Positions 1 to 9,463 of a stretch of 64,000 nt of DNA are shown here, piece after piece. This stretch comes from Candidatus Iainarchaeum sp. (GTDB taxonomy: Archaea; Iainarchaeota; Iainarchaeia; Iainarchaeales; JAZDFD01). The notes beneath the pieces were generated by a model, which did no database searches, was not told where the DNA came from, and worked only from the letters and a program-made list of their open reading frames with translations. The stretch covers positions 7,604 to 71,603 of the forward strand of contig JAZDFD010000016.1 in the NCBI GenBank assembly GCA_043808155.1, read 5' to 3'. Positions within the stretch are counted from its first letter, which is position 1. Each line of letters opens with the position of its first letter. The translations under genes were made by a program, and so were the position numbers.

Positions 1-387
1 GGAGTTAAATTTGAATTTTGTTTAAGCCCAGTTGCAATTATGGGTGATAAAAAAGTTGAAAAAGTAAAATTCCAAAAAAATAAAGTTTGTGAAGTTCCTG
101 GTTTGTCAAAACCTGAAATTAAACCAATTGATGAGTTTGTTGAATTTGGGGCAGATTCAGTTATAATTGCAGTTGGGGAAAAACCCAGTATGACCTGCTG
201 GCAGGATGTGATGTTAAAATTCAGTGAAAAAGGACTGCTTATTGTAAATAGTGAAATGCAAACCAATGTAAGGACTGTTTATGCCTGCGGAGATTTAGTC
301 ACAGGACCTATAAACATTGGGTCTGCAGTTAAAACTGGGATGCAGGCAGCGCAAAGTATAATCAAAAAAGCCTCAGAATCTAATTAA
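1..387 (+). CDS. C-terminal part of an FAD/NAD(P)-binding oxidoreductase (glutamate-synthase small-subunit / pyridine-nucleotide-disulfide oxidoreductase-like); 5' end outside window
   Basis: Frame 1 is open from base 1 (GVKFEFCLSPVAI precedes the tracked Met at 40). The C-terminal VYACGDLVTGPINIGSAVKTGMQAA resembles the FAD-binding GD motif region of this family. Confidence 0.6.
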   Translation, partial: GVKFEFCLSPVAIMGDKKVEKVKFQKNKVCEVPGLSKPEIKPIDEFVEFGADSVIIAVGEKPSMTCWQDVMLKFSEKGLLIVNSEMQTNVRTVYACGDLVTGPINIGSAVKTGMQAAQSIIKKASESN

Positions 388-429
388 TGTCGTTGATTGC
401 CGTTATAACTCCGTACAAATAACGAAATA

Positions 430-437
430 TTTATAAA
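430..437 (+). promoter_or_regulatory. TATA-box-like element upstream of the mevalonate gene string
   Basis: TTTATAAA lies about 50 nt upstream of the ATG at 486, ahead of the first gene of a long co-directional string. Confidence 0.35.
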
Positions 438-485
438 GGTTTGAATGCAAAAGTTATAGGATATCGCAGTCGGAGATGCGTGATT

Positions 486-1772
486 ATGCAAAGTGAAAAA
501 ACCTCAGAATTGGAAAAATTTTATTCTAAAAGTCTAGATGAAAGAATGAAAACTGTTTCCGAATTTGCAGAATTAAGTGAAAATGAAATTGCAGAATTGA
601 AAACCTGCATTCAAAACACTGAAAAAGCAGATAAAATGTCTGAAAATGTTATTTCATCAACTTTTTTTCCTTTGTCAGTTGCAACTAATTTCAAAATCAA
701 TGGAAATGATTATCTCGTTCCAATGGCAATCGAGGAAGCCTCAGTTGTTGCTGCAGCGTCAAATGCTGCAAAACTTTGCAGAACATCTGGGGGATTTGAA
801 GCAAAAGCATCTGAACAAATAATGATCGGACAGGTTCAGATTGTGAATGTTAAAAACACTGCACAGGCAAAAACCAAAATTATGACAAACCAAAAAGAAA
901 TTCTGAAACTTGCAAATGCACAGGATAAAACATTAGTGAGTTTTGGCGGCGGTGCTAAAAAAATCGACGTGAAAGTTTTCAGAAAGCACAAAATGATTGT
1001 GGTTTATTTGTATGTTGACGCTAAGGATGCAATGGGTGCAAACGCAGTAAATACAATGGCAGAAGCAGTTGCACCAAAACTTGAAGAATTAAGTAAAGGA
1101 GAAGCGAGATTAAGAATCCTGAGTAATTTAGCGACTGAAAGAATTGTAAAAGCAAAAGCAGTTTGGACAAAAGAAATTCTTGAAAAGAATTCAAAAAATG
1201 AGCTAAGCGGACCTGAGATTATTGAAAGAATTTTAGACGCGCATAAATTTGCAGAATTAGATGTTTATAGAGCATGCACTCACAATAAGGGAATTATGAA
1301 TGGAATTGATGCAGTTGCAATTGCAACTGGGAATGATTTCCGAGCGCTTGAGGCAGGTGCGCATTGTTATGCTTCATTGGAAGGAAATTATAAACCACTA
1401 ACTAAATTCCATAAAAATAAAACTGGTGATTTAGTTGGTGAAATTGAAATTCCATTAGCAGTTGGAATTGTTGGTGGTGCAACCAAAACACACCCAATTG
1501 CGAAAATTGCAATGAAAATTTTAGGAATTCAAAGTGCAAAAGAACTTGGATGTGTTATGGCGTGTGTTGGTTTAGCACAAAATTTTTCTGCATTGCGTGC
1601 ATTAGCAAATGACGGAATCCAAAAAGGACATATGAGTTTGCATGCGAGGAATATTGCGATAATGGCAGGTGCAACTGAACAGGAAGCAGATAGTGTTGCA
1701 GAAAGAATGATTAATGAGAATAACGTTAAAGTTGACTCTGCAAAAGAAATATTAATGGAAATTAGAAGGTGA
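486..1772 (+). CDS. hmgA: HMG-CoA reductase (class II type)
   Basis: ATG at 486; the track ORF begins at an upstream TTG at 441. [44 protein letters not shown] and [14 protein letters not shown] are typical of HMG-CoA reductase. Confidence 0.9.
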   Translation: MQSEKTSELEKFYSKSLDERMKTVSEFAELSENEIAELKTCIQNTEKADKMSENVISSTFFPLSVATNFKINGNDYLVPMAIEEASVVAAASNAAKLCRTSGGFEAKASEQIMIGQVQIVNVKNTAQAKTKIMTNQKEILKLANAQDKTLVSFGGGAKKIDVKVFRKHKMIVVYLYVDAKDAMGANAVNTMAEAVAPKLEELSKGEARLRILSNLATERIVKAKAVWTKEILEKNSKNELSGPEIIERILDAHKFAELDVYRACTHNKGIMNGIDAVAIATGNDFRALEAGAHCYASLEGNYKPLTKFHKNKTGDLVGEIEIPLAVGIVGGATKTHPIAKIAMKILGIQSAKELGCVMACVGLAQNFSALRALANDGIQKGHMSLHARNIAIMAGATEQEADSVAERMINENNVKVDSAKEILMEIRR

Positions 1773-1776
1773 AAAT

Positions 1777-2820
1777 ATGGCTGGTATTGTTGGTTATGGT
1801 GCGTATATTCCGATTTTGAGAATTAAAGTTGAAGATATTGCAAACGTCTGGGGCAAAGACGGAAAGAAAATTGCTGAAGGCCTCGGAGTTAAGGAAAAAG
1901 CAGTTGCTTCAATGGATGAAGATGCCTGTACAATTTCAGTTGAAGCTGCGAGAAAGGCACTGGAAGTTTCAGGAATTGATGCACAGAGTATAGGTGCAAT
2001 TTACGTTGGTTCAGAATCACACCCCTATGCAGTAAAACCTACTGCTTCAATAGTTGCAGATTCAATTAATGCAGGTCCGGATTTAACTGCTGCAGATTTG
2101 GAATTTGCATGCAAAGCAGGAACTGCAGGAATTCAAATGTGCATGGGTCTTGTTGATTCAGGAATGATTGATTATGGTTTGGCAATTGGTTCAGACACTG
2201 CTCAGGGAAGACCAGGTGATGCATTAGAATACACTGCAGGTTCTGGCGGAGCTGCTTTCATCATCGGAAATAAAAAAGAAGAAGTAATTGCAGAAATTGA
2301 TTTAACTTACTCATTTACAACTGACACTCCTGATTTTTGGAGAAGACAACATGCGGAATTTCCAAGACATGCCGGAAGATTCACTGGAAAACCTGCTTAC
2401 TTCAAACATGTTTCAAGTGCTGCAAAAAAGTTAATGGAAAAAGCAGGAACAACACCTGATGATTACAAATATGCGGTTTTCCATCAGCCAAATGCAAAGT
2501 TCCCGCAGACAGTTGCGAAAATGCTTGGTTTTAAAGAAGAAAAAATCAAACAGGGTTTATTAGTGCCCTTTATTGGAAACACATATTCAGGTGCTGCAAT
2601 GATTGGTTTAGCATCAGTTCTTGATGTTGCAAAACCAAATGATAAAATCTTAGTTGTGAGTTATGGCAGCGGTGCAGGAAGTGACGCATTCAGTTTAACA
2701 GTAACTAAAAATATTGAAAATAAACGAGCAGAAGTTCCTTTGTTTGAAATGATTAAAGAAAAGAAATATCTGGATTATGCAAACTATGCAAAACATAGGG
2801 GAAAATTAAAATCTTTGTAG
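1777..2820 (+). CDS. HMG-CoA synthase (archaeal type)
   Basis: The N-terminus [22 protein letters not shown] and the thiolase-fold Cys region [11 protein letters not shown] fit this family. It starts 4 nt after the HMGR stop. Confidence 0.9.
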   Translation: MAGIVGYGAYIPILRIKVEDIANVWGKDGKKIAEGLGVKEKAVASMDEDACTISVEAARKALEVSGIDAQSIGAIYVGSESHPYAVKPTASIVADSINAGPDLTAADLEFACKAGTAGIQMCMGLVDSGMIDYGLAIGSDTAQGRPGDALEYTAGSGGAAFIIGNKKEEVIAEIDLTYSFTTDTPDFWRRQHAEFPRHAGRFTGKPAYFKHVSSAAKKLMEKAGTTPDDYKYAVFHQPNAKFPQTVAKMLGFKEEKIKQGLLVPFIGNTYSGAAMIGLASVLDVAKPNDKILVVSYGSGAGSDAFSLTVTKNIENKRAEVPLFEMIKEKKYLDYANYAKHRGKLKSL

Positions 2821-2828
2821 GTGTTGTG

Positions 2829-3914
2829 ATGAGAAGTGTATCGATAATTGGTGTTGGATTCGATAATTGTTTCACACCAAAAAGTTCATCGGAAATTAGG
2901 TCACCAACTCATTTATATGCTGAAAATTATTCAAATTATAATATGCAAATTTCTAAATTTCGTTTGATTAGAGCTACGCAGAAATTGCCAAACGATGCAT
3001 CTTCTAGAGAAATTGCAACAGCAGCAGGATATAAATCACACAAAATAATTAATATTTATTTTGAATCTTTAGAGCAACTCAAGACACAAGCTGGAACTCT
3101 GGAATCAAATAAAGATGAAGTTAATCAAGTTTTTCCACAAATTGAATTTAGTTTGCAGGACATTTCGAGAGGAATTCAAATTCCTCTTGATATAACACCA
3201 CTTTTAGCAGAGGAAATTGGATGGCATATAGGTGATGGTTGTATTCCAAATAACAAAAATGGGAATGCAATATACCAACTTGGTGGAGATCCAAATGAAG
3301 AAAGAGAATTCTACGAAAATTATATCAAAAAGACTTTCAAAGCATTATACAACTATAATGCGAAACCTAACTTTTTGGCAAAGGGTAATCTATTTGGGAT
3401 AACTTTTGCATCAAAAGCAATTTTTGATTTCAAAACAAAAATTTTAGGATTCCCAATCGGTAAAAAATCTCATATTATAAGGATTCCTGACGCAATAATG
3501 TTTGGTGATGATGAAAACAAAAAAGCAGTTATTCGCGGAATTGCAGACACTGACTTTTCAGTCACATTTCAAAAAAAACATAAAAATTTCCATTATTATC
3601 CTGCAATTATAGGCAGCACCGTCTCTAAGACATTAGCCACTCAATTAAAGTCACTTTTAATTCAATTAGGTTTTAAACCAAAAGTACAAGTCTATTTTAG
3701 AAAAAGAACACAACATAACGAATATTTGATTAGACTAATGGGTAAAAATCAATTAGAAAAATGGTTTGATATTATTGGTAGTAATAATCCAAAACACATA
3801 ACAAAATACAATGTATGGGCAAAAGTCGGATTTTGTCCTCCTTATACGAAAATTGTTCAAAGACAGAAGATTATAGAAGGGCATCTAAATCCGAAAAAAT
3901 TTTATGGTGGTTAA
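2829..3914 (+). CDS. Free-standing double-motif LAGLIDADG homing endonuclease with a thiolase-derived 10-residue leader
   Basis: Two LAGLIDADG-type motifs (LAEEIGWHIGDGCI, AVIRGIADTDFSV) and an HTH-like segment SSREIATAAGYKSHKIINIYF. The N-terminus MRSVSIIGVG copies the thiolase start. It ends with TAA inside the thiolase start region. Confidence 0.75.
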   Translation: MRSVSIIGVGFDNCFTPKSSSEIRSPTHLYAENYSNYNMQISKFRLIRATQKLPNDASSREIATAAGYKSHKIINIYFESLEQLKTQAGTLESNKDEVNQVFPQIEFSLQDISRGIQIPLDITPLLAEEIGWHIGDGCIPNNKNGNAIYQLGGDPNEEREFYENYIKKTFKALYNYNAKPNFLAKGNLFGITFASKAIFDFKTKILGFPIGKKSHIIRIPDAIMFGDDENKKAVIRGIADTDFSVTFQKKHKNFHYYPAIIGSTVSKTLATQLKSLLIQLGFKPKVQVYFRKRTQHNEYLIRLMGKNQLEKWFDIIGSNNPKHITKYNVWAKVGFCPPYTKIVQRQKIIEGHLNPKKFYGG

Positions 3915-3915
3915 T
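2829..3915 (+). mobile_element. Homing-endonuclease cassette inserted at the 5' end of the thiolase gene
   Basis: A 1.09-kb insert sits in an otherwise tightly packed operon. It is bounded by two diverged copies of the first 10 thiolase codons (2829-2858 and 3916-3945). Confidence 0.65.
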
Positions 3916-5076
3916 ATGCGTAGTGTATCTGTAATAGGGGCAGCTGTAACAAAATTTGGCGAACACTGGGACAAAAGTTTCCGTGAGTTAATTGCAGAAG
4001 CAGGAATTAAAGCAGTTGCAGATTCCGGTGTTGAAGGAAATAAAATTGAAGCAATTTATGGCGGGTGTATGGCATCTGGAAGATTCATTGGTCAGGAACA
4101 CATAGGTGCACTAATTGCAGACCAGCTTGGTTTGAATCCAATCCCCTCTACAAGATTAGAAGCGGCATGTGCGTCTGGTGGTGTAGCACTAAGAACTGCA
4201 TATCTGTCAATTGCAGCTGGCGTTTATGATATTGTTGCAGTTGGCGGAATTGAAAAAATGACTGAAGTAAGTACGGAAGAAGCAAGTTTTGCATTAGGCG
4301 GTGCAGGTGATGAAGAAACAGAATTGTTTCATGGTGCAACATTTCCTTCGTTGTATGCACTTCTTGCACGTTCACACATGAAAAAATTCGGAACAACTGA
4401 AGAACAAATGGCAATGTGTGCAGTTAAGAATCATAAAAATGCAACAAAGAATCCTTATGCACAATTTCAAAGAGAAATTACTGTTGATGATGTAATGAAT
4501 TCAGGTTATGTTTCCACACCACTTAAACTTCTGGACTGCTCACCAATAACTGATGGTGCTGCTGCATTAATTTTGTGTGAAACAGAAAAAGCAAAACAGA
4601 TTACTCATAAAGCAGTTGAACTTGTTGGTTCAGGACAAGCGTCGGATTCACTTGCACTTGCCGGCAGAAAAAGTTTGACAGAATTAAGCGCAACAAAAAT
4701 TGCTGCTGAGCAGGCATATAAACAATCTGGTTTGAATGTAAAAGATATTGATTTTGCAGAAGTACATGATTGTTTTACAATTGCAGAAATTCTTGCAATT
4801 GAAGATCTTGGATTTTTCAAAAAAGGAGAAGGCGGAAAAGCAACTGAAAAAGGTAAAACTCAGCTGGATGGTGAAATACCAATCAACACTTCTGGTGGAT
4901 TGAAAGGTAAAGGCCACCCTGTTGGTGCAACTGGTGTTGCACAGGCAGTTGAGGTTTTTTGGCAATTAAATAATGAAGCGAATCAAAGACAAATTAAAGA
5001 TGCAAAAGTTGGTTTAACACACAATGTTGGTGGTTCAGGAGCAACAGCTGTTGTTCATATATTTAAAAAAGCATAA
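3916..5076 (+). CDS. Acetyl-CoA acetyltransferase (archaeal thiolase)
   Basis: MRSVSVIGAAVTKFGE start, active-site region RLEAACASGG, and C-terminal GHPVGATG and NVGGSGA motifs. The track ORF starts 12 nt earlier at 3904. Confidence 0.9.
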   Translation: MRSVSVIGAAVTKFGEHWDKSFRELIAEAGIKAVADSGVEGNKIEAIYGGCMASGRFIGQEHIGALIADQLGLNPIPSTRLEAACASGGVALRTAYLSIAAGVYDIVAVGGIEKMTEVSTEEASFALGGAGDEETELFHGATFPSLYALLARSHMKKFGTTEEQMAMCAVKNHKNATKNPYAQFQREITVDDVMNSGYVSTPLKLLDCSPITDGAAALILCETEKAKQITHKAVELVGSGQASDSLALAGRKSLTELSATKIAAEQAYKQSGLNVKDIDFAEVHDCFTIAEILAIEDLGFFKKGEGGKATEKGKTQLDGEIPINTSGGLKGKGHPVGATGVAQAVEVFWQLNNEANQRQIKDAKVGLTHNVGGSGATAVVHIFKKA

Positions 5077-5084
5077 GTGATTTT

Positions 5085-6263
5085 ATGAACTACGAAGAAG
5101 AATCTCTGAAGATTCATGAACAAGATAAAGGAAAAATGGAATTAGTTCCCAAAAGAAGAATTACAAATATTGATGAACTTTCAGTTTTGTACACTCCGGG
5201 AGTTGCAGAACCTTCACGTAAAATTGCAGAAAACAAAGAAGATGTTTACAAATATACAATGAAAGGAAATGCAATTGCAATAGTAACAGATGGTTCAGCT
5301 GTTTTGGGTTTGGGAAACATAGGTCCTGAAGCAGCGCTTCCTGTAATGGAAGGGAAATCATTACTGTTCAAACAGTTTGCAAATATAGATGCATTTCCAA
5401 TTTGTGTAAAAACACAGGATGCAGATGAGATTGCAATGATTGTGAGAAATATTTCACCTGCATTTGGTGCAATCAATCTGGAAGACATTTCTGCACCGCG
5501 TTGTTTTGAAGTAGAAGAAAAACTTGCAGATTTGGGAATACCTGTTTTTCATGATGATCAACATGGAACTGCAATCATAACACTTGCAGCACTTATCAAT
5601 GCTGCAAAACTTTCAGACAGAAAGTTAGGTGAATTAGAAATTGCAATTAATGGTGCAGGTGCTGCCGGGACTGCAATTACAAAACTTCTGAAGAATGAAA
5701 AACTGCGTGAATTTGGTCTGGAACCGGTAAAAGAAATCATACTTTGTGATTCAAAAGGAATTATCTATTCAGGGAGAGAGGGGCTGAATAAGTACAAACA
5801 GGAAATTGCGGAATTCACAAACACAAAAAATTTACAGAGCACGTTAGCAGATGCAATGCTGAACAAAGATGTTTTTATTGGGGTTTCAAAAGCAAATCTT
5901 GTGGATGAAGAAATGATTAAATCAATGAATGAAAATCCCATTGTTTTTGCAATGGCAAATCCAATACCTGAAATCATGCCTGAAAAAGCAAGACATGCAG
6001 GTGCGAAAATAATTGCAACAGGGCGAAGTGATTATGCAAATCAGGCAAATAATGTTCTTGCTTTCCCTGGTGTGTTAAGAGGTGCATTAGATGCGCGTGC
6101 TACTAAAATTACTGAGGAAATGAAAATCGCTGCTGCAATCGCATTAGCAGATTACGTAGAAAATCCGAGTGTTGAAATGTTTATTCCAAATCCATTGGAT
6201 GAGAAAGTTGCTTACTTAGTTGCTGAACGCGTAGCAGAAACCTGGAGGAGATTCAATGAGTGA
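5085..6263 (+). CDS. NAD(P)-dependent malic enzyme (short prokaryotic form)
   Basis: Motifs YTPGVAEPSRKI, DGSAVLGLGNIGPEAALPVMEGKSLLFK and the Rossmann motif NGAGAAGTA. Confidence 0.9.
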   Translation: MNYEEESLKIHEQDKGKMELVPKRRITNIDELSVLYTPGVAEPSRKIAENKEDVYKYTMKGNAIAIVTDGSAVLGLGNIGPEAALPVMEGKSLLFKQFANIDAFPICVKTQDADEIAMIVRNISPAFGAINLEDISAPRCFEVEEKLADLGIPVFHDDQHGTAIITLAALINAAKLSDRKLGELEIAINGAGAAGTAITKLLKNEKLREFGLEPVKEIILCDSKGIIYSGREGLNKYKQEIAEFTNTKNLQSTLADAMLNKDVFIGVSKANLVDEEMIKSMNENPIVFAMANPIPEIMPEKARHAGAKIIATGRSDYANQANNVLAFPGVLRGALDARATKITEEMKIAAAIALADYVENPSVEMFIPNPLDEKVAYLVAERVAETWRRFNE

Positions 6264-6657
6264 TAATTTACCCCTGCATTGGAGACGATATCCTGAAAGA
6301 TATTATCTGAAAGGAACATTGTGTGAAATATGTAATACTGCATATTTTCCGCCAAGACAAGTGTGTCCAAAATGCAGACGAAAAGGAAAAATAAGAGATG
6401 AAATAATGCCAAAAACTGGAAAAATAATTACTTATACTGAGTTAAGCGTAGGGCCAATGGGATTTGAGCATGAAACACCTTACTTCTTGGCATTGATTGA
6501 ACTGGATAATGGTGCAAAACTTCTAAGTCAGGTTGTAGATTCAAAAAAAGAAAAAATAAAAGAAGATGCAAGAGTAAAAAAAGTCTTCAGAAAAATCGCA
6601 GACAACGATGCAGAAGGTGCAATCTCATATGGTTTTAAGTTTAAAGTTGTTGAATAA
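6256..6657 (+). CDS. DUF35-type Zn-ribbon/OB-fold protein (scaffold of the archaeal thiolase/HMG-CoA synthase complex)
   Basis: Zn ribbon CEICNTAYFPPRQVCPKCRRKG followed by an OB-fold-like C-terminal half. It overlaps the malic enzyme stop by 8 nt. Confidence 0.85.
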   Translation: MSDNLPLHWRRYPERYYLKGTLCEICNTAYFPPRQVCPKCRRKGKIRDEIMPKTGKIITYTELSVGPMGFEHETPYFLALIELDNGAKLLSQVVDSKKEKIKEDARVKKVFRKIADNDAEGAISYGFKFKVVE

Positions 6658-6672
6658 TAACTAGGTGATAAA

Positions 6673-7608
6673 GTGGGTTCTGGAAAAGGATATGGCAAAT
6701 CAATTTTGTTCGGGGAACACTTTGTTGTTTATGGTTTGCCTGCGATTGCAAGTGCACTTGGAGATTATACTGAAGCAAAAGTTGAATTAACTGAAGGCAC
6801 TGGCTGGGAATTACAAGATGAACGTCTAGCAACCCCTGGCTATAAAAAAGAAAAATATGATGAACAGGTAGATTCAATCAACCGCGTTATTGACGCTGCG
6901 GGAATTGATTTGAGTGATAAGAAACTCAAAATTTGGTTTGGCGGAAATTTAAAAGCTGCTTCTGGCGTTGGTGCAAGTGCTGCAAGCTGTGCTGCATTAG
7001 CACGTGCATTAAATGAAGAATTTTGTCTAGGATTTGATGATGATAAAATAAATGAATTAGCTTATGAAGGTGAAAAAGGTTATCACGGAACCCCTTCAGG
7101 AATTGATAATACTGCCGCAGTATTTGGCGGGCTGATTTGGTTCAAAAAAAATCTAGAAGGCGGAGCAAACACAATGGATAAAATGAAATCAAATGCTTTC
7201 AAAATTGTAATTGGAAACACGGGTAAAACGTCATCAACAATTAAAGTTGTCGGGGATGTTAAAAAACTCAAAGAAACTGATGAAGAAAAATTCGCGCGTA
7301 TTCTTGGACAGTATGACGAAGTTGCAAATCGTGCAAAGAAAGCTCTTCTTGCAAATGATTTGGAAAAAGTCGGAGTACTGATGAATAAAAACCATGAACT
7401 GCTTCAAAAAATTAATGTGTCTTGTGATGAGTTAGATTTAATGGTTAAAACTGCAAGAACTGCAGGTGCATTGGGTGCAAAACTGACTGGCACTGGCAGA
7501 GGCGGATTAATGATTGCACTTGTTACAGATTCAAAAACTCAGACTAAAGTTGCAGAAGCAATTGAAGCTTTGGGTTTTGACACAATGAAAATGGATGTAG
7601 GTATCTGA
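6673..7608 (+). CDS. mvk: Mevalonate kinase
   Basis: GKSILFGEHFVVYG N-terminal motif, GHMP-kinase motif KAASGVGASAAS, and KLTGTGRGG. Confidence 0.9.
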   Translation: MGSGKGYGKSILFGEHFVVYGLPAIASALGDYTEAKVELTEGTGWELQDERLATPGYKKEKYDEQVDSINRVIDAAGIDLSDKKLKIWFGGNLKAASGVGASAASCAALARALNEEFCLGFDDDKINELAYEGEKGYHGTPSGIDNTAAVFGGLIWFKKNLEGGANTMDKMKSNAFKIVIGNTGKTSSTIKVVGDVKKLKETDEEKFARILGQYDEVANRAKKALLANDLEKVGVLMNKNHELLQKINVSCDELDLMVKTARTAGALGAKLTGTGRGGLMIALVTDSKTQTKVAEAIEALGFDTMKMDVGI

Positions 7609-8159
7609 TGAAATTAATTATTGGAATTTCAGGAGCTAGCGGAGCTCATTATGGTGTTGAATTACTTAAAGCACTTAAGGAAAAGAAAATTGAAACACAT
7701 TTAATTCTTAGTGAATGGGCTGAGAAAATTCTTGAAATTGAAACTGATTATAAAATTGAAGATGTGAAAAAACTGGCAACTAAAGTTTATGACAACAAAG
7801 ATATGAGTGCAAGAATTTCAAGTTCTTCATTTTTAGTTGACGGGATGATTGTAATGCCATGCTCAATAAAAACAGTTTCAGAAATTGCTAACGGAAGCTG
7901 TTCAACTTTAATCACCAGATCGGCAGATAATGTAATGAAAATGAAAAAAACACTTCTTGTTGGTGTAAGAGAAACGCCTTTGAGCACTGCTGTGCTTGAG
8001 AATCTGAAGAATATTTCTCTCTATGGGGGTATTGTGATGCCTTTAAGCCCTGGATTTTATCATAAGCCGAAGGAAATAAAAGACTTAAATTCCTTTATTG
8101 TAGGGAAAGCATTAGATGTTTTTGGAATTGAAAACAACAACTTCAAAAGGTGGGATTAA
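7608..8159 (+). CDS. ubiX: UbiX-type flavin prenyltransferase
   Basis: IIGISGASGAHYGVELLKAL and MPCSIKTVSEIANG. The start overlaps the mvk stop by 1 nt (TGATG). Confidence 0.85.
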   Translation: MKLIIGISGASGAHYGVELLKALKEKKIETHLILSEWAEKILEIETDYKIEDVKKLATKVYDNKDMSARISSSSFLVDGMIVMPCSIKTVSEIANGSCSTLITRSADNVMKMKKTLLVGVRETPLSTAVLENLKNISLYGGIVMPLSPGFYHKPKEIKDLNSFIVGKALDVFGIENNNFKRWD

Positions 8160-9460
8160 TGGGCTTGCAGGAATTTATTCAGAAATTAAAAGATGAAAAT
8201 AAAATCACAGAAATTAATACGTCTGTTTCTAAAAATCTTGAAATAGCCGGAGTTCTGAAAGAACTTGAACCAATGCCGGTTTTATTTAATTCTGTAAAAG
8301 AATCTGATTTCAAAGTTGTCGGAAATTTATTTTCTTCAAAACAGCTTATTGCAGATTATCTCGGTGTCGAAGTAAAAAATATAACACAAAAAGTTCTAAA
8401 CGCAATTGAAAATCCATCAAAACCTGCTGAAGTTAAACACGGAAGCTGTCAGGATGTTGTAATTGATGATGTTAATTTGGATAAACTTCCAATACTGAAG
8501 CACTGTGCAAAAGACGGTGGAAATTACATCAGTTCAGGAGTTTTTTTTGCAAGAGATTCTGAATTAGGTGAAAATTTATCATTTCATAGGTGTATGCAGA
8601 TTTCAAAAAATGAATTTACAGTAAGAATTTTGCAGAGGCATCTGGATCATTTCATTACTAAAAATAGCGGAAATTTGGATGTTGCAATTGCGGTTGGACT
8701 AACCCCAAATTTACTTTTAGCGGGTGCAACTTCGATTGGGTTAGGCTGTGATGAATCCGAAGTTGCAAACACTCTTGAAAAAGTTAAGCTTGTGAAAGCA
8801 AAAACTTGTGATGTGATGGTTCCTGCAGATGCGGAATTTATTTTGGAAGGAACACTAACAAGTGAAATGAAAGATGAAGGTAAATTTGTTGATTTAACTG
8901 CGACTTATGATTTTGTAAGAAAACAAAGAGTTTTCAAAATTAAGAAAATAACACATAGAAAAAATGCACTATGGCATGCACTGCTCCCAGGGGGAATGGA
9001 ACACAGAGTTTTAATGGGTATGCCCAAAGAACCAACAATTTTCAGAGAAGTAAATAAAGTCTGCAAATGTGTTGATGTTAATGTCAATCCCGGCGGATGC
9101 AGCTGGCTTCATGCAATTGTAAAAATTAAAAAAGAAAAAGAAGATGACGGAAGAAAAGCAATTGAAGCTGCGTTTGCAGGCCATAATTCTTTGAAGCACG
9201 CATTTGTTGTTGATGATGATATTGACATTAACGACCCTTATGATGTTGAATGGGCAATGTCCACGAGATTTCAAGCTGGAAAAGATTTCATTGACATGGG
9301 TCGAAAAAAAGGATCAAGTCTGGATCCGAGTTCAGATGAGAAAACAAGAGAAACAGACAAGCGCGGTTTTGATTTAACAAAACCTGTGAATGCAGATCCT
9401 GATAAATTTGACAAAGTTGAATTCCCGAAAATCAATCTGAAGAAGATAATGGGTGATTAA
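8150..9460 (+). CDS. UbiD-family decarboxylase, probable trans-anhydromevalonate 5-phosphate decarboxylase
   Basis: A 436-aa protein whose size is compatible with UbiD-family decarboxylases; no diagnostic motif was read. It overlaps ubiX by 10 nt and is followed directly by the AcnX-type dehydratase pair, so the functional call is contextual. Confidence 0.75.
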   Translation: MGLMGLQEFIQKLKDENKITEINTSVSKNLEIAGVLKELEPMPVLFNSVKESDFKVVGNLFSSKQLIADYLGVEVKNITQKVLNAIENPSKPAEVKHGSCQDVVIDDVNLDKLPILKHCAKDGGNYISSGVFFARDSELGENLSFHRCMQISKNEFTVRILQRHLDHFITKNSGNLDVAIAVGLTPNLLLAGATSIGLGCDESEVANTLEKVKLVKAKTCDVMVPADAEFILEGTLTSEMKDEGKFVDLTATYDFVRKQRVFKIKKITHRKNALWHALLPGGMEHRVLMGMPKEPTIFREVNKVCKCVDVNVNPGGCSWLHAIVKIKKEKEDDGRKAIEAAFAGHNSLKHAFVVDDDIDINDPYDVEWAMSTRFQAGKDFIDMGRKKGSSLDPSSDEKTRETDKRGFDLTKPVNADPDKFDKVEFPKINLKKIMGD

Positions 9461-9463
9461 AAA

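Noticed and set aside
2826-3914. The thiolase-associated LAGLIDADG ORF as an intein or as an archaeal bulge-helix-bulge intron.
   Set aside because: The ORF ends in a real TAA and has no HN/Cys-Ser-Thr C-terminal junction. The Cys in FDNCF is not positioned at a conserved extein site. A complete thiolase start codon and N-terminus follow, so no protein or RNA splicing is needed to obtain an intact thiolase.
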